A stretch of DNA of 64,000 nt, from assembly GCA_964016885.1 (NCBI GenBank), contig OZ024761.1, forward strand, positions 21,080,001 to 21,144,000, read 5' to 3'. This document shows positions 28,274 to 42,264 of the stretch, in pieces. Position 1 is the first letter of the stretch, and every line of letters starts with the position of its first letter. The notes under the pieces are model-generated. The model did not search any database. It was not told the origin of the DNA and worked only from the letters and a program-made list of their open reading frames with translations. A program made the translations under genes and the position numbers. Source of the DNA: Eledone cirrhosa. Its lineage: Eukaryota.

Positions 28274-28757
28274 TCTTTGCCTTCTTTGTCTTCTTTGCCT
28301 TCTTCTTTTTCTTCTTTGTCTTCTTTGCCTTCTTCTTTTTCTTTGCCTTCTTTGCCTTCTTTTTCTTCTTTGTCTTCTTTGCCTTCTTCTTTTTCTTCTT
28401 TTTCTTCTTTGCCTTCTTTGCCTTCTTTTTCTTCTTTGCCTTCTTTGTCTTCTTTTTCTTCTTTTTCTTCTTTTTCTTCTTTGCCTTCTTCTTTTTCTTC
28501 TTTGCCTTCTTCTTTTTCTTCTTTGCCTTCTTTTTCTTCTTTGCCTTCTTCTTTTTCTTCTTTGCCTTCTTCTTTTTCTTCTTTGCCTTCTTTTTCTTCT
28601 TTGCCTTCTTTGCCTTCTTTGCCTTCTTTGTCTTCTTTGCCTTCTTTGTCTTCTTTTTCTTCTTTGCCTTCTTTTCCTTCTTTTTCTTCTTTTCCTTCTT
28701 TTTCTTCTTTGCCTTCTTTTCTTTGCCTTCTTTTTCTTCTTCTTCTTCTTCTTCTTC
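28274..28757. repeat. (TTCTTTGCC/TTC)n simple repeat
   Basis: Direct inspection; gives the spurious poly-K/A ORF. Confidence 0.9.
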
Positions 28758-28888
28758 GTCTCCTCCTACCATTGTTCTGATTATCATTAGTATCAATATT
28801 ATTAAATTATTATTATTATTATTATTTCCAGCATGATTTTCTTTTTTGTTTTCTTGAATGTCGTTTATTTGTTTAATTAATTAAATTT

Positions 28889-28924
<36 letters not shown>

Positions 28925-28941
28925 TGTGTATATATATATAG

Positions 28942-28980
<39 letters not shown>

Positions 28981-29075
28981 TGTATATATTATTTTTATTT
29001 TATTTGTTGTTTTATTTATAATTTTGTAGATATACTTGTTGGATTTAACACACATACATATATATGTATATAAAC

Positions 29076-29138
<63 letters not shown>

Positions 29139-29427
29139 TAAAAGTGTATAGATATGTGTGTTTTATTTAACATTTTCTATTTTTTTTGTTTCAAACATCT
29201 CGTATATATATATATTTGTTGTTGTTTTATATTAACATCTTGTAAATATATATATATATCTGTATATATATATATATACATATAATTATATCTGTACATA
29301 TATATATATATATATGTACAGATATATATATATACATATAATTATATCTGTACATATATATATATGTACATATATATTAAAATAACAGATTAAAGTTTAT
29401 ATGTACATATATATATATATATGTACA

Positions 29428-29484
<57 letters not shown>

Positions 29485-29871
29485 TTACTCATTTTGTTGT
29501 TTTGTTTTAATATTTTTTATATATATATATTTCTTTTACTTTAGAAATATCTGGCAGTATTACCACCTCCCCCACCTCCCATCCCCACCCCCAGCTCCCT
29601 CACCCCCACATATTCTACAATGTTCGTTTGTATTTGGGGGGGGGGGTTCTTACAGAAGGTGGAGAGGGAGGGTTGTTGATTTTGTTTGTTGTTGTTTTTT
29701 TGTTTTTTTTTTATTTTGATTTAATTTATTTGTTTTCTAGGTTTTTTTTTTTAGTTTTTTTAGTTTATTTTATTATATTTTGTTTTTGTTTTTGTGATGT
29801 ATTTTTGTATTTTATTTAATGTAAGGAGAAACTTGTGATGGATATCTTAGACAAGTGTCATCAGAATATTG

Positions 29872-29928
<57 letters not shown>

Positions 29929-30394
29929 GTCTGTCCGTCTCTCTCTCTCTCTCTGTCTGTCTGTCTGTCTCCTGTCTCTCTTCTGTCTGTCTCTCTGTCT
30001 ATCTGTCTGTCTGTCTGTCTCTCTCTCTGTCTCTCTCTCTCTCTCTCTGTCTGTCTCTCTTCTGTCTGTCTCTCTGTCTGTCTGTCTATCTCTGTCTCTC
30101 TCTCTGTCTCTCTGTCTCTCTCGCTCTCTCTCTGTCTGTCTGTCTCTCTGTCTTTCTTTATGCCCAGTTTGAAACAACAGTAATTCTAAATTCTAAAATG
30201 TCTACATTAATGTTTCGAGACTTTCACAGCCCCATCATCAGACTCAGAATGGCCATTATTTATATAATAATTCCAAGATGATTTATTAAAAAAATACTGT
30301 TTTTTATCTTCTTCTGTTGTTATTGTTGTTTTTATTATTGATATTTTTTCTAATTTAATTAATTATTGTTTTTATATATTTTCTTTCAACTCAG

Positions 30395-30532
30395 CGATCT
30401 TTCCAGATGAAAAGTCCTCGTTTCCGAACCTCGACTCCGTTATTGATCTCGGTGATATTGAAGAAGTAGACGAAGATTCTCAGAGCAAACATTTAGGGAT
30501 TTCGGATTATTCCAATTTTGATAAAGAAGCAG
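30395..30532 (+). CDS. RIMBP2: RIMS-binding protein exon (acidic linker)
   Basis: tcag|(A)IFPDEKSSFPNLDSVIDLGDIEEVDEDSQSKHLGISDYSNFDKEA|gtaatt; 138 nt, phase 1-1; second in-frame acceptor at 30407. Confidence 0.8.
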
Positions 30533-30559
30533 GTAATTCTCCTTACCGATTCCATCTGT

Positions 30560-32230
30560 CCTTCACTCATGTCATACCTCTCCACCCTTCACTCATGACA
30601 TACCACTCCAGCCTTCACTCATGTCATACCACTCCACCCTTCACTCATGTCATACCTCTCCACCCTTCACTCATGACATACCACTCCAGCCTTCACTCAT
30701 GACATACCACTCCAGCCTTCACTCATGACATACCACTCCACCCTTCACTCATGTCATACCTCTCCACCCTTCACTCATGTCATACCACTCCACCCTTCAC
30801 TCATGTAATACCACTCCAGCCTTCACTCATGACATACCACTCCAGCCTTCACTCATGACATACCACTCCACCCTTCACTCATGTCATACCTCTCCACCCT
30901 TCACTCATGTCATACCACTCCACCCTTCACTCATGTAATACCACTCCAGCCTTCACTCATGACATACCACTCCAGCCTTCACTCATGACATACCACTCCA
31001 CCCTTCACTCATGTCATACCTCTCCACCCTTCACTCATGTCATACCTCTCCACCCTTCACTCATGTCATACCACTCCAGCCTTCACTCATGACATACCAC
31101 TCCAGCCTTCACTCATGTCATACCACTCCACCCTTCACTCATGTCATACCACTCCACCCTTCACTCATGTCATACCACTCCACCCTTCACTCATGACATA
31201 CCACTCCAGCCTTCACTCATGACATACCTCTCCACCCTTCACTCATGTCATACCACTCCAGCCTTCACTCATGTCATACCACTCCAGCCTTCACTCATGA
31301 CATACCACTCCAGCCTTCACTCATGACATACCACTCCAACCTTCACTCATGACATACCACTCCAGCCTTCACTCATAACATACCACTCCAACCTTCACTC
31401 ATGACATACCACTCCAGCCTTCACTCGTGTCATACCACTCCAGCCTTCACTCATGACATACCACTCCAGCCTTCACTCATGACATACCACTCCAACCTTC
31501 ACTCATGACATACCACTCCAGCCTTCACTCATGACATACCACTCCAACCTTCACTCATGACATACTACTCCAACCTTCACTCATGTCATACCACTCCACC
31601 CTTCACTCATGTCATACCACTCCAGCCTTCACTCATGACATACCACTCCACCCTTCACTCATGTAATACCACTCCAGCCTTCACTCATGACATACCTCTC
31701 CACCCTTCACTCATGTCATACCACTCCAGCCTTCACTCATGACATACCTCTCCACCCTTCACTCATGTCATACCACTCCAGCCTTCACTCATGACATACC
31801 ACTCCAGCCTTCACTCATGTCATACCACTCCACCCTTCACTCATGACATACCACTCCAGCCTTCACTCATGACATACCTCTCCACCCTTCACTCATGTCA
31901 TACCACTCCAGCCTTCACTCATGACATACCACTCCAGCCTTCACTCATGTCATACCACTCCACCCTTCACTCATGTCATACCACTCCAGCCTTCACTCAT
32001 GTCATACCACTCCACCCTTCACTCATGTCATACCACTCCACCCTTCACTCATGACATACCACTCCAGCCTTCACTCATGTCATACCACTCCACCCTTCAC
32101 TCATGTCATACCACTCCACCCTTCACTCATGTCATACCACTCCACCCTTCACTCATGTCATACCACTCCACCCTTCACTCATGTCATACCACTCCACCCT
32201 TCACTCATGACATACCACTCCAGCCTTCAC
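30560..32230 (+). repeat. 26-bp minisatellite, ~64 copies
   Basis: Unit ccttcactcatgwcataccactccas; begins 28 nt after an exon donor. Confidence 0.95.
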
Positions 32231-33125
32231 TCATGACATATCACTCCAGCCATGACAGAAACCACCCAGCACCCACAGTAAATGAGGTTGGTGGGGCATC
32301 TCCAGCTGTAGAAACTAAGCCAGAAACAGTTTCAAAATAAAGATAAAAGAACACCACCACTACAACACCACCACCACTACACCACCACTACACCACCACC
32401 ACTACACCACCACCACTACACCACCACCACCACTACACCACCACCACACACCACCACAACAACAACAACACCAGTTTTACTACTTTCAACATTGGAGTTG
32501 GATGTGAAACAAGTTTTTCTATGTAAAAAAAATAATTTAAGAAGAAAAAAAAAAACCTAAAAAATTTGCAACAAAAACTGGACAAAAACCCCCTGAAAGG
32601 AGGGGGGGGGTAGAGTGGTGTAATTAATTAGTTGATGTATTGATTACTGATAAATCAATAATTAGGAGAGAAGGCAATCATCTGTTAGATGAAATGTGAA
32701 ACAAGCCACTATCATCACTATCACCATCACTACCATGGTGATGATGATGGTGATGATAGTGGTGGTGATGGTGGTAGTGGTGGTGATGGTAGTGGTGATG
32801 GTGGTGGTGGTAGTGGTGGTGGTGGTGGTATTGTTGGTGGTAGTGGTGGTGACAATAGTGATGATGGTGGTGATGATGATAGTGATGATGGTGGTGATGA
32901 TGATGGTGGTGGTGGTGGTAGTGGTCGTGGTGGTGGAAGTGGTAGTAGTGGTGGTGGTGGTGATGGTGGTGGTGGTGGTGGAGGTGGTGGTGGTGGTGGT
33001 GGAAGTGGTGATGGTAGTGGTAGTGGTGGTGCTGGTGGTGGTGGTAGTAGTGGTTGTAGTGGTGGTGGTGGTGGTGGAAGTGGTGATGGTAGTGGTGGTG
33101 GTGGTGGTAGTAGTGGTTGTAGTGG

Positions 33126-33156
<31 letters not shown>

Positions 33157-33554
33157 GGTGGTGGTAGTAGTGGTGGTGGTGGAAGTGGTGGTAGTGGTGG
33201 TGGTGGAAGTGGTGATGGTAGTGGTAGTGGTGGTCGTAGTGGTGGTGGTGGAAGTGGTGGTGGTGGTGGTGGTGGTGGTCATTGTTCATTTTAACTGTTC
33301 AACCCATTACTATGACATCTAATTCTCCACTTCAGTTTTCTAAAGTTGCCAGCAACTCTGTCACCATTGTTGGTCATATCAATATTATTGTTGTTGTTGT
33401 CATTTGTTGTTGTTGTTATTACTATTATTATTATTATAATCTCTATCTTGACTCTCTATAAAAACTAATTTAAACTCAAGTGTTCACAGCTTGACTATAG
33501 AAAACATCTGAAAACAATATGGCATTGTAAAAGTACAGAGGATTGATTGGTAGA

Positions 33555-33585
<31 letters not shown>

Positions 33586-33617
33586 TGTTATATATATATA
33601 TATATTGTTATAATATT

Positions 33618-34600
33618 ACTTGGTAGAGTATGTAGCTTAGAGTTCAGAGGGTCACTCCAGGTAGAGCTGCTACTTCTCTGAACTGAGAGATCACAGCTCT
33701 GATACTACGGACATGTGGTTAGAATGTCTCAGGAAAGAATCTCTAAACTGAGAGATCACAGCTCTGATACTACAGACATGTGGTTAGAATGTCTTGGGAA
33801 AGAATCTCTGAATTGAGAGATCACAGCTCTGATACTACAGACATGTGGTTAGAATGTCTTGGGAAAGAATCTCTAAATTGAGAGATCACAGCTCTGATAC
33901 TACAGACATGTGGTTAGAATGTCTCAGGAAAGAATCTCTAAACTGAGAGATCACAGCTCTGATACTACAGACATGTGGTTAGAATGTCTTGGGAAAGAAT
34001 CTCTAAATTGAGAGATCACAGCTCTGATACTACAGACATGTGGTTAGAACGTCTCAGGAAAGAATCTCTAAACTGAGAGATCACAGCTCTGATACTACAG
34101 ACATGTGGTTAGAATGTCTTGGGAAAGAATCTCTAAATTGAGAGATCACAGCTCTGATACTACAGACATGTGGTTAGAATGTCTTGGGAAAGAATCTCTG
34201 AATTGAGAGATCACAGCTCTGATACTACAGACATGTGGTTAGAATGTCTCAGGAAAGAATCTCTAAACTGAGAGATCACAGCTCTGATACTACAGACATG
34301 TGGTTAGAATGTCTTGGGAAAGAATCTCTAAACTGAGAGATCACAGCTCTGATACTACAGACATGTGGTTAGAATGTCTTGGGAAAGAATCTCTGGACAG
34401 ATTTTATTACAAGCAAAATCAACCAGCAGGAGACCAGGGGTAGACCCTGAGCAAGATGGTTGGATAACATCCATGAGCTTGGCTGGTCTCGCTTGGGGAT
34501 CCAGCCAGATCAGTTGGAGACGGTTGCTTCTGACAGGACCTACTGCGAGGAGTGTTTGAGGACTCTGGCCCCATGACCTTCTCAGGAATAATCGGGAGGA
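33618..34600 (+). mobile_element. Decayed RTE 3' fragment with an internal 11 x 65-bp tandem expansion (33683-34394)
   Basis: Unit encodes ERSQL*YYGHVVRMSQERI; followed by GRP*ARW-like sequence. Confidence 0.75.
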
Positions 34601-34889
34601 GGGAAATGTTCATAGTTTGGCTATAGAAAACATTTGAAAACAATGTGGCTAAACAATGAAAAAGAGAAAATACACTCGTATTGAATGCTTCAATTATTTG
34701 TATAACAATCTATTTATTGTGTATAGACACCAGTATTGAATGCTTCAATCACTCCCAATCTCTCTCTCTCTCTCCCTCACTTCACTCTCTGACACGCTCT
34801 CCCATTCATTCATTCACACTCCTCACTCTCTCTCCCTCCCTCTCTCTCTCTCCCTCCCTCTTTAACACACACTCTCTCTCTCTCTCCAG

Positions 34890-35083
34890 ATACAATCTTC
34901 CCCCACAAGTTAAACCTTGACCGCCAGTTAACCAACAGTGTGTTGATATCTTGGGTGGCACCAGAGGTCCACCAAAATGTTGAAATAATCTGCTACCAAG
35001 TGTTTGTCGACAACAAATTTAAGGTTTCTGTGAAAAAGAACGAAAGAACGAAAGCTTTGCTGGAGGACATTGATTCCAAGAAG
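34890..35083 (+). CDS. RIMBP2: RIMS-binding protein exon (FN3 domain 1)
   Basis: ccag|(D)TIFPHKLNLDRQLTNSVLISWVAPEVHQNVEIICYQVFVDNKFKVSVKKNERTKALLEDIDSKK|gtaaga; RIM-BP FN3 pattern (QL..SV.I.W, RTKAL). Confidence 0.92.
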
Positions 35084-35120
35084 GTAAGATGTAGTTTTGG
35101 TGTTAATATCACCATCATTG

Positions 35121-35154
<34 letters not shown>

Positions 35155-35162
<8 letters not shown>

Positions 35163-35475
35163 AAAGTTTGTCCTTCATCAGTGATCTTCCAACCATCATA
35201 GGCATTTCATCGCTTTAAAGACCATATACCTCCGGTTGGTGCGAGCAACGGCTAAAAAAAGTCGTTGGGACACGTAAATAAAGGGGACGCGAGGGTAAAC
35301 AAACAAAATGGTGAAGTAACATTTTGTTTGTTTACCCTCGCGTCCCCTTTATTTACGTGTCCCAGCGACTTTTTTTAGCCGTTGCTCGCACCAACCGGAG
35401 GTATATGGTCTTTAAAGCGATGAAATGCCTATGATGGTTGGAAGATCACTGATGAAGGACAAACTTTTTTCATAT
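35155..35475. repeat. Near-perfect palindrome, 156-bp arms, 9-nt loop
   Basis: 35155-35310 vs 35320-35475; one difference seen (G.U in sense RNA). Confidence 0.95.
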
Positions 35476-35508
35476 GTAACCCATTTGCAACTCCGCAGCG
35501 CCCTTATT

Positions 35509-35553
<45 letters not shown>

Positions 35554-35719
35554 CAATGATGGTGATAAAATTTGCTCCTAACGAAATACTCGTGTCTGAA
35601 TGAAACCGCAGAAGTAGAATCAGCCAGATCCATACAGGGACCACGTCTCGAGCTACCTGCCGGAGAAACAATTGTAAAATGCAATAAAGTCAAGATGCAT
35701 CACTGATTTTTCGTTTTCT

Positions 35720-35774
<55 letters not shown>

Positions 35775-35889
35775 CGTCAATACTCATCTTTTTCCATTTT
35801 TCCGGGAGTTCTTAACCCCACTATCAGGCTAAATAGCTTACATTTCTAATAATTTCAAACCAATTCGCTGTTTCGAAAATATTCTTACT

Positions 35890-35935
<46 letters not shown>

Positions 35936-36007
35936 ATGTATATATGTATACATGTATGTATGTATGTATACATATATATATATGTATACATGTATGTATG
36001 TATACAT

Positions 36008-36370
36008 ATCATCATCATCATCATCATCATTGTTTAACGTCCATATTCCACGCTTGCATGGGTTTGGACGGGAGTTTTCCCACTTGAGGCAAGAGTGGTT
36101 GTCATTGCTCGCATAGGACTGTCTGGCGGGTTTTCTACAGCTGGATGCCCTTCCTAACACCAACCACATTTACAGTGTGGGGCTGGGAGGGTTTTACCGT
36201 GTTGCCTACACGGCCACATTACAGCGTGGACTGTGTGTTTTTTTGTCGTGACACCTACACGATCTCATTTGTTTCGGCCTGGATGTTGTGGCACCAACAT
36301 AACTTTACATTGAAAGGGGGGGGTGTGGATGGGGTGGGGGTGGTGCGACGGGGGTGTATTTTGTTAGAGA
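36008..36370 (-). mobile_element. 5'-truncated RTE 3' UTR copy, abutting an older + strand 3' tail (36371-36495)
   Basis: Reverse complement of ~53140-53500; (ATC)n tail. Confidence 0.88.
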
Positions 36371-36545
36371 AACAGTTCTGTGTGAGCAAGACATGGTCAC
36401 CTAATCTGACTTATCTCACAACAGAACACATCTAACCCATGCTCGTGTGGAAAAATGGATGTTAAATGGTGATGATGATGATGATGATGATGATGTGTGA
36501 ATATTTAAAATTCTTTTCTTTTCTTTTCTTATTTTGTTTTCTTAG

Positions 36546-36624
36546 ACATGTCGAGTGTGTGTCTTATGTTTAACCACACATGGCAGATCGGTGCCGCAAC
36601 AGTGTACAATGTTAGTAGGAAAAG
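36546..36624 (+). CDS. RIMBP2: RIMS-binding protein exon (end of FN3-1)
   Basis: ttag|TCRVCVLCLTTHGRSVPQQCTMLVGK|gtatgt; 79 nt, phase 0 to 1; resembles QCTLLVGKD of RIM-BP2. Confidence 0.9.
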
Positions 36625-36796
36625 GTATGTACCTTCTCTGGTCTTTTCTTTAATCTTTAATATATATATATATGTGTGTGTATGTATATATATATATATT
36701 TATATTTATGTAAAAGGTAAACAGAAATAACAACACAATCAGTACAGTATATGGAAGGGATATATTAGGTTAACGCTTGATATAGCAGGAAAAGGG

Positions 36797-36832
36797 TCTT
36801 AACGTTTCGGACGCTAGTCCTTCATCAGAAGA
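36797..36832 (-). ncRNA. Minimal hammerhead ribozyme, same family as 27213
   Basis: Identical core; third copy at 37668-37703 has CCGATGA. Confidence 0.75.
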
Positions 36833-36997
36833 AAGAATGAGAAATAAGATAGATTGAGGGGACGGGTGAGTTGGAATTGGAAAAAATAACAGGTCCATCC
36901 ATGTTGACATATCTTGCAAAACTGTTGGTGGTGGCATTTTGTGTATGATTTATTTTTTAGAAAAGTGGATGATGGAGTGCGTCTATATATATATATG

Positions 36998-37053
<56 letters not shown>

Positions 37054-37058
<5 letters not shown>

Positions 37059-37276
37059 GGGTCGACTGAAAAGTTCATTGGTTGACCAAGATACTCTCAT
37101 GAAATGACCAAATGAGGTTAATTTTTATTTTTAAACATAGTCCCCTAGAAAGAAACAATGTGGTTATTATTAAGAAGAAGAGTTGAAATTAATGGCATGC
37201 AAGATTTCACAGCTCTAGCATCACTCCTTCATAGTCAGACAGTCAACGTATGAAGATTTCAGCTGACCCCCTCGTA
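37054..37276. mobile_element. mariner-type MITE
   Basis: Degenerate TIR gggtcgactgaaaagttcat / atgaagatttcagctgaccccctcgta; body shared with the 61022-61746 copies. Confidence 0.7.
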
Positions 37277-37334
37277 CATGTTGTTTTTTTCTCCCACCAT
37301 ACTGATCAACTGTTTGTCTTCTCATTATTTCCAG

Positions 37335-37496
37335 ATGTCATCCCAGTTCCTTCTGACTTGAAAGTCAGCCATATCACATCTAACGGTGCCGTTCTTACTT
37401 GGTTGCCTGGCAACAGCAATTACCAACATGTCATCTGTGTCAATGAACAGGAAGTGCGGGTTGTCAACCCGGGGGTTTATGAATATATTTTGACAG
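37335..37496 (+). CDS. RIMBP2: RIMS-binding protein exon (FN3-2, N-part)
   Basis: ccag|(D)VIPVPSDLKVSHITSNGAVLTWLPGNSNYQHVICVNEQEVRVVNPGVYEYILT|gtatag; 162 nt; WLP.NSNY.H motif. Confidence 0.93.
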
Positions 37497-37856
37497 GTAT
37501 AGTTTTTATATATGTGTATATATATCTAAATATGTATATAAAGGAATTTGTAGTTTATATATATATGTATATATATGTATGTAAAAGGTAGACAGAAATA
37601 ACAACACAATCAGTACAGTATATGGAAGGGATATATTAGGTTAACGCTTGATATAGCAGGAAGAGGGTCTTAACGTTTCGGACGCTAGTCCTTCATCGGA
37701 AGAAAGAATGAGAAATAAAATAGATTGAAGGGACAGGTGGGTTGGAATTGGAAAAAATGTCTTTAGATAAAAATGACAGGTTCATTCATGTTGACATATC
37801 TATATATATATGATGATTTCTCACGAATGAAACAGTTCTAGTCCTGTAGAAGCTCT

Positions 37857-37896
<40 letters not shown>

Positions 37897-37899
<3 letters not shown>

Positions 37900-38158
37900 A
37901 ATCTTGCAGTTTTGCTTTTTGTTAAATCGCTTGTTAAACATTCATAACCTTCTATCTTAATTCTATCGTATTCTCAAACAAAAAAAACAAAATCCTCCCC
38001 ATTCTACTTATAAATTACTTTAAATATATATAGTATGCTACCTGAAAGTCAAAAAGCCGATCCACCCCTTCACCCTCCTGCTTCTCCACGAGGGGGCTGC
38101 GGTCAGCCACTATCTCCCCCCCCCCCTCTCTTTCTTCCCCTCTATCTCTCGCTTAGCT

Positions 38159-38195
<37 letters not shown>

Positions 38196-38666
38196 AGATA
38201 AGTTTTCCTTCATGTTTATCCACTTTGCTTCAATTATTTCTATGATGGACTCATGTAAACCGTAAAGTACAATCCTTCTCTCCATTTCCACGCTCAATTC
38301 CGTACACAGTCCAAACAAACATCCAATCTCGCAAAATCCGAAATCTGTATTTTTTTGTTATCTATTTAAGGTTTAAATACGGTGTTTTTGTCGTATTGAA
38401 CAGAACAAATCTTGCAGTTTTGCTTTTTGTTAAATCGCTTGTTAAACATTCATAACCTTCTATCTTAATTCTATCGTATTCTCAAACAAAAAAAACAAAA
38501 TCCTCCCCATTCTACTTATAAATTACTTTAAATATATATAGTATGCTACCTGAAAGTCAAAAAGCCGATCCACCCCTTCACCCTCCTGCTTCTCCACGAG
38601 GGGGCTGCGGTCAGCCACTATCTCCCCCCCCCCCTCTCTTTCTTCCCCTCTATCTCTCGCTTAGCT

Positions 38667-38703
<37 letters not shown>

Positions 38704-39176
38704 AGATAAGTTTTCCTTCATGTTTATCCACTTTGCTTCAATTATTTCTATGATGGACTCATGTAAACCGTAAAGTACAATCCTTCTCTCCATTTCCACG
38801 CTCAATTCCGTACACAGTCCAAACAAACATCCAATCTCGCAAAATCCGAAATCTGTATTTTTTTGTTATCTATTTAAGGTTTAAATACGGTGTTTTTGTC
38901 GTATTGAACAGAACAAATCTTGCAGTTTTGCTTTTTGTTAAATCGCTTGTTAAACATTCATAACCTTCTATCTTAATTCTATCGTATTCTCAAACAAAAA
39001 AAACAAAATCCTCCCCATTCTACTTATAAATTACTTTAAATATATATAGTATGCTACCTGAAAGTCAAAAAGCCGATCCACCCCTTCACCCTCCTGCTTC
39101 TCCACGAGGGGGCTGCGGTCAGCCACTATCTCCCCCCCCCCCCCTCTCTTTCTTCCCCTCTATCTCTCGCTTAGCT

Positions 39177-39213
<37 letters not shown>

Positions 39214-39684
39214 AGATAAGTTTTCCTTCATGTTTATCCACTTTGCTTCAATTATTTCTATGATGGACTCATGTAAACCGTAAAGTACAATCCTTCTCTC
39301 CATTTCCACGCTCAATTCCGTACACAGTCCAAACAAACATCCAATCTCGCAAAATCCGAAATCTGTATTTTTTTGTTATCTATTTAAGGTTTAAATACGG
39401 TGTTTTTGTCGTATTGAACAGAACAAATCTTGCAGTTTTGCTTTTTGTTAAATCGCTTGTTAAACATTCATAACCTTCTATCTTAATTCTATCGTATTCT
39501 CAAACAAAAAAAACAAAATCCTCCCCATTCTACTTATAAATTACTTTAAATATATATAGTATGCTACCTGAAAGTCAAAAAGCCGATCCACCCCTTCACC
39601 CTCCTGCTTCTCCACGAGGGGGCTGCGGTCAGCCACTATCTCCCCCCCCCCCTCTCTTTCTTCCCCTCTATCTCTCGCTTAGCT

Positions 39685-39721
<37 letters not shown>

Positions 39722-40193
39722 AGATAAGTTTTCCTTCATGTTTATCCACTTTGCTTCAATTATTTCTATGATGGACTCATGTAAACCGTAAAGTACAATC
39801 CTTCTCTCCATTTCCACGCTCAATTCCGTACACAGTCCAAACAAACATCCAATCTCGCAAAATCCGAAATCTGTATTTTTTTGTTATCTATTTAAGGTTT
39901 AAATACGGTGTTTTTGTCGTATTGAACAGAACAAATCTTGCAGTTTTGCTTTTTGTTAAATCGCTTGTTAAACATTCATAACCTTCTATCTTAATTCTAT
40001 CGTATTCTCAAACAAAAAAAACAAAATCCTCCCCATTCTACTTATAAATTACTTTAAATATATATAGTATGCTACCTGAAAGTCAAAAAGCCGATCCACC
40101 CCTTCACCCTCCTGCTTCTCCACGAGGGGGCTGCGGTCAGCCACTATCTCCCCCCCCCCCCTCTCTTTCTTCCCCTCTATCTCTCGCTTAGCT

Positions 40194-40230
<37 letters not shown>

Positions 40231-40701
40231 AGATAAGTTTTCCTTCATGTTTATCCACTTTGCTTCAATTATTTCTATGATGGACTCATGTAAACCGTAA
40301 AGTACAATCCTTCTCTCCATTTCCACGCTCAATTCCGTACACAGTCCAAACAAACATCCAATCTCGCAAAATCCGAAATCTGTATTTTTTTGTTATCTAT
40401 TTAAGGTTTAAATACGGTGTTTTTGTCGTATTGAACAGAACAAATCTTGCAGTTTTGCTTTTTGTTAAATCGCTTGTTAAACATTCATAACCTTCTATCT
40501 TAATTCTATCGTATTCTCAAACAAAAAAAACAAAATCCTCCCCATTCTACTTATAAATTACTTTAAATATATATAGTATGCTACCTGAAAGTCAAAAAGC
40601 CGATCCACCCCTTCACCCTCCTGCTTCTCCACGAGGGGGCTGCGGTCAGCCACTATCTCCCCCCCCCCCTCTCTTTCTTCCCCTCTATCTCTCGCTTAGC
40701 T

Positions 40702-40738
<37 letters not shown>

Positions 40739-41209
40739 AGATAAGTTTTCCTTCATGTTTATCCACTTTGCTTCAATTATTTCTATGATGGACTCATGTA
40801 AACCGTAAAGTACAATCCTTCTCTCCATTTCCACGCTCAATTCCGTACACAGTCCAAACAAACATCCAATCTCGCAAAATCCGAAATCTGTATTTTTTTG
40901 TTATCTATTTAAGGTTTAAATACGGTGTTTTTGTCGTATTGAACAGAACAAATCTTGCAGTTTTGCTTTTTGTTAAATCGCTTGTTAAACATTCATAACC
41001 TTCTATCTTAATTCTATCGTATTCTCAAACAAAAAAAACAAAATCCTCCCCATTCTACTTATAAATTACTTTAAATATATATAGTATGCTACCTGAAAGT
41101 CAAAAAGCCGATCCACCCCTTCACCCTCCTGCTTCTCCACGAGGGGGCTGCGGTCAGCCACTATCTCCCCCCCCCCCTCTCTTTCTTCCCCTCTATCTCT
41201 CGCTTAGCT

Positions 41210-41246
<37 letters not shown>

Positions 41247-41718
41247 AGATAAGTTTTCCTTCATGTTTATCCACTTTGCTTCAATTATTTCTATGATGGA
41301 CTCATGTAAACCGTAAAGTACAATCCTTCTCTCCATTTCCACGCTCAATTCCGTACACAGTCCAAACAAACATCCAATCTCGCAAAATCCGAAATCTGTA
41401 TTTTTTTGTTATCTATTTAAGGTTTAAATACGGTGTTTTTGTCGTATTGAACAGAACAAATCTTGCAGTTTTGCTTTTTGTTAAATCGCTTGTTAAACAT
41501 TCATAACCTTCTATCTTAATTCTATCGTATTCTCAAACAAAAAAAACAAAATCCTCCCCATTCTACTTATAAATTACTTTAAATATATATAGTATGCTAC
41601 CTGAAAGTCAAAAAGCCGATCCACCCCTTCACCCTCCTGCTTCTCCACGAGGGGGCTGCGGTCAGCCACTATCTCCCCCCCCCCCCTCTCTTTCTTCCCC
41701 TCTATCTCTCGCTTAGCT

Positions 41719-41755
<37 letters not shown>

Positions 41756-42227
41756 AGATAAGTTTTCCTTCATGTTTATCCACTTTGCTTCAATTATTTC
41801 TATGATGGACTCATGTAAACCGTAAAGTACAATCCTTCTCTCCATTTCCACGCTCAATTCCGTACACAGTCCAAACAAACATCCAATCTCGCAAAATCCG
41901 AAATCTGTATTTTTTTGTTATCTATTTAAGGTTTAAATACGGTGTTTTTGTCGTATTGAACAGAACAAATCTTGCAGTTTTGCTTTTTGTTAAATCGCTT
42001 GTTAAACATTCATAACCTTCTATCTTAATTCTATCGTATTCTCAAACAAAAAAAACAAAATCCTCCCCATTCTACTTATAAATTACTTTAAATATATATA
42101 GTATGCTACCTGAAAGTCAAAAAGCCGATCCACCCCTTCACCCTCCTGCTTCTCCACGAGGGGGCTGCGGTCAGCCACTATCTCCCCCCCCCCCCTCTCT
42201 TTCTTCCCCTCTATCTCTCGCTTAGCT

Positions 42228-42264
<37 letters not shown>

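Noticed and set aside
29545-29660. Possible alternative exon EISGSITTSPTSHPHPQL...
   Set aside because: Low-complexity sequence and no convincing donor
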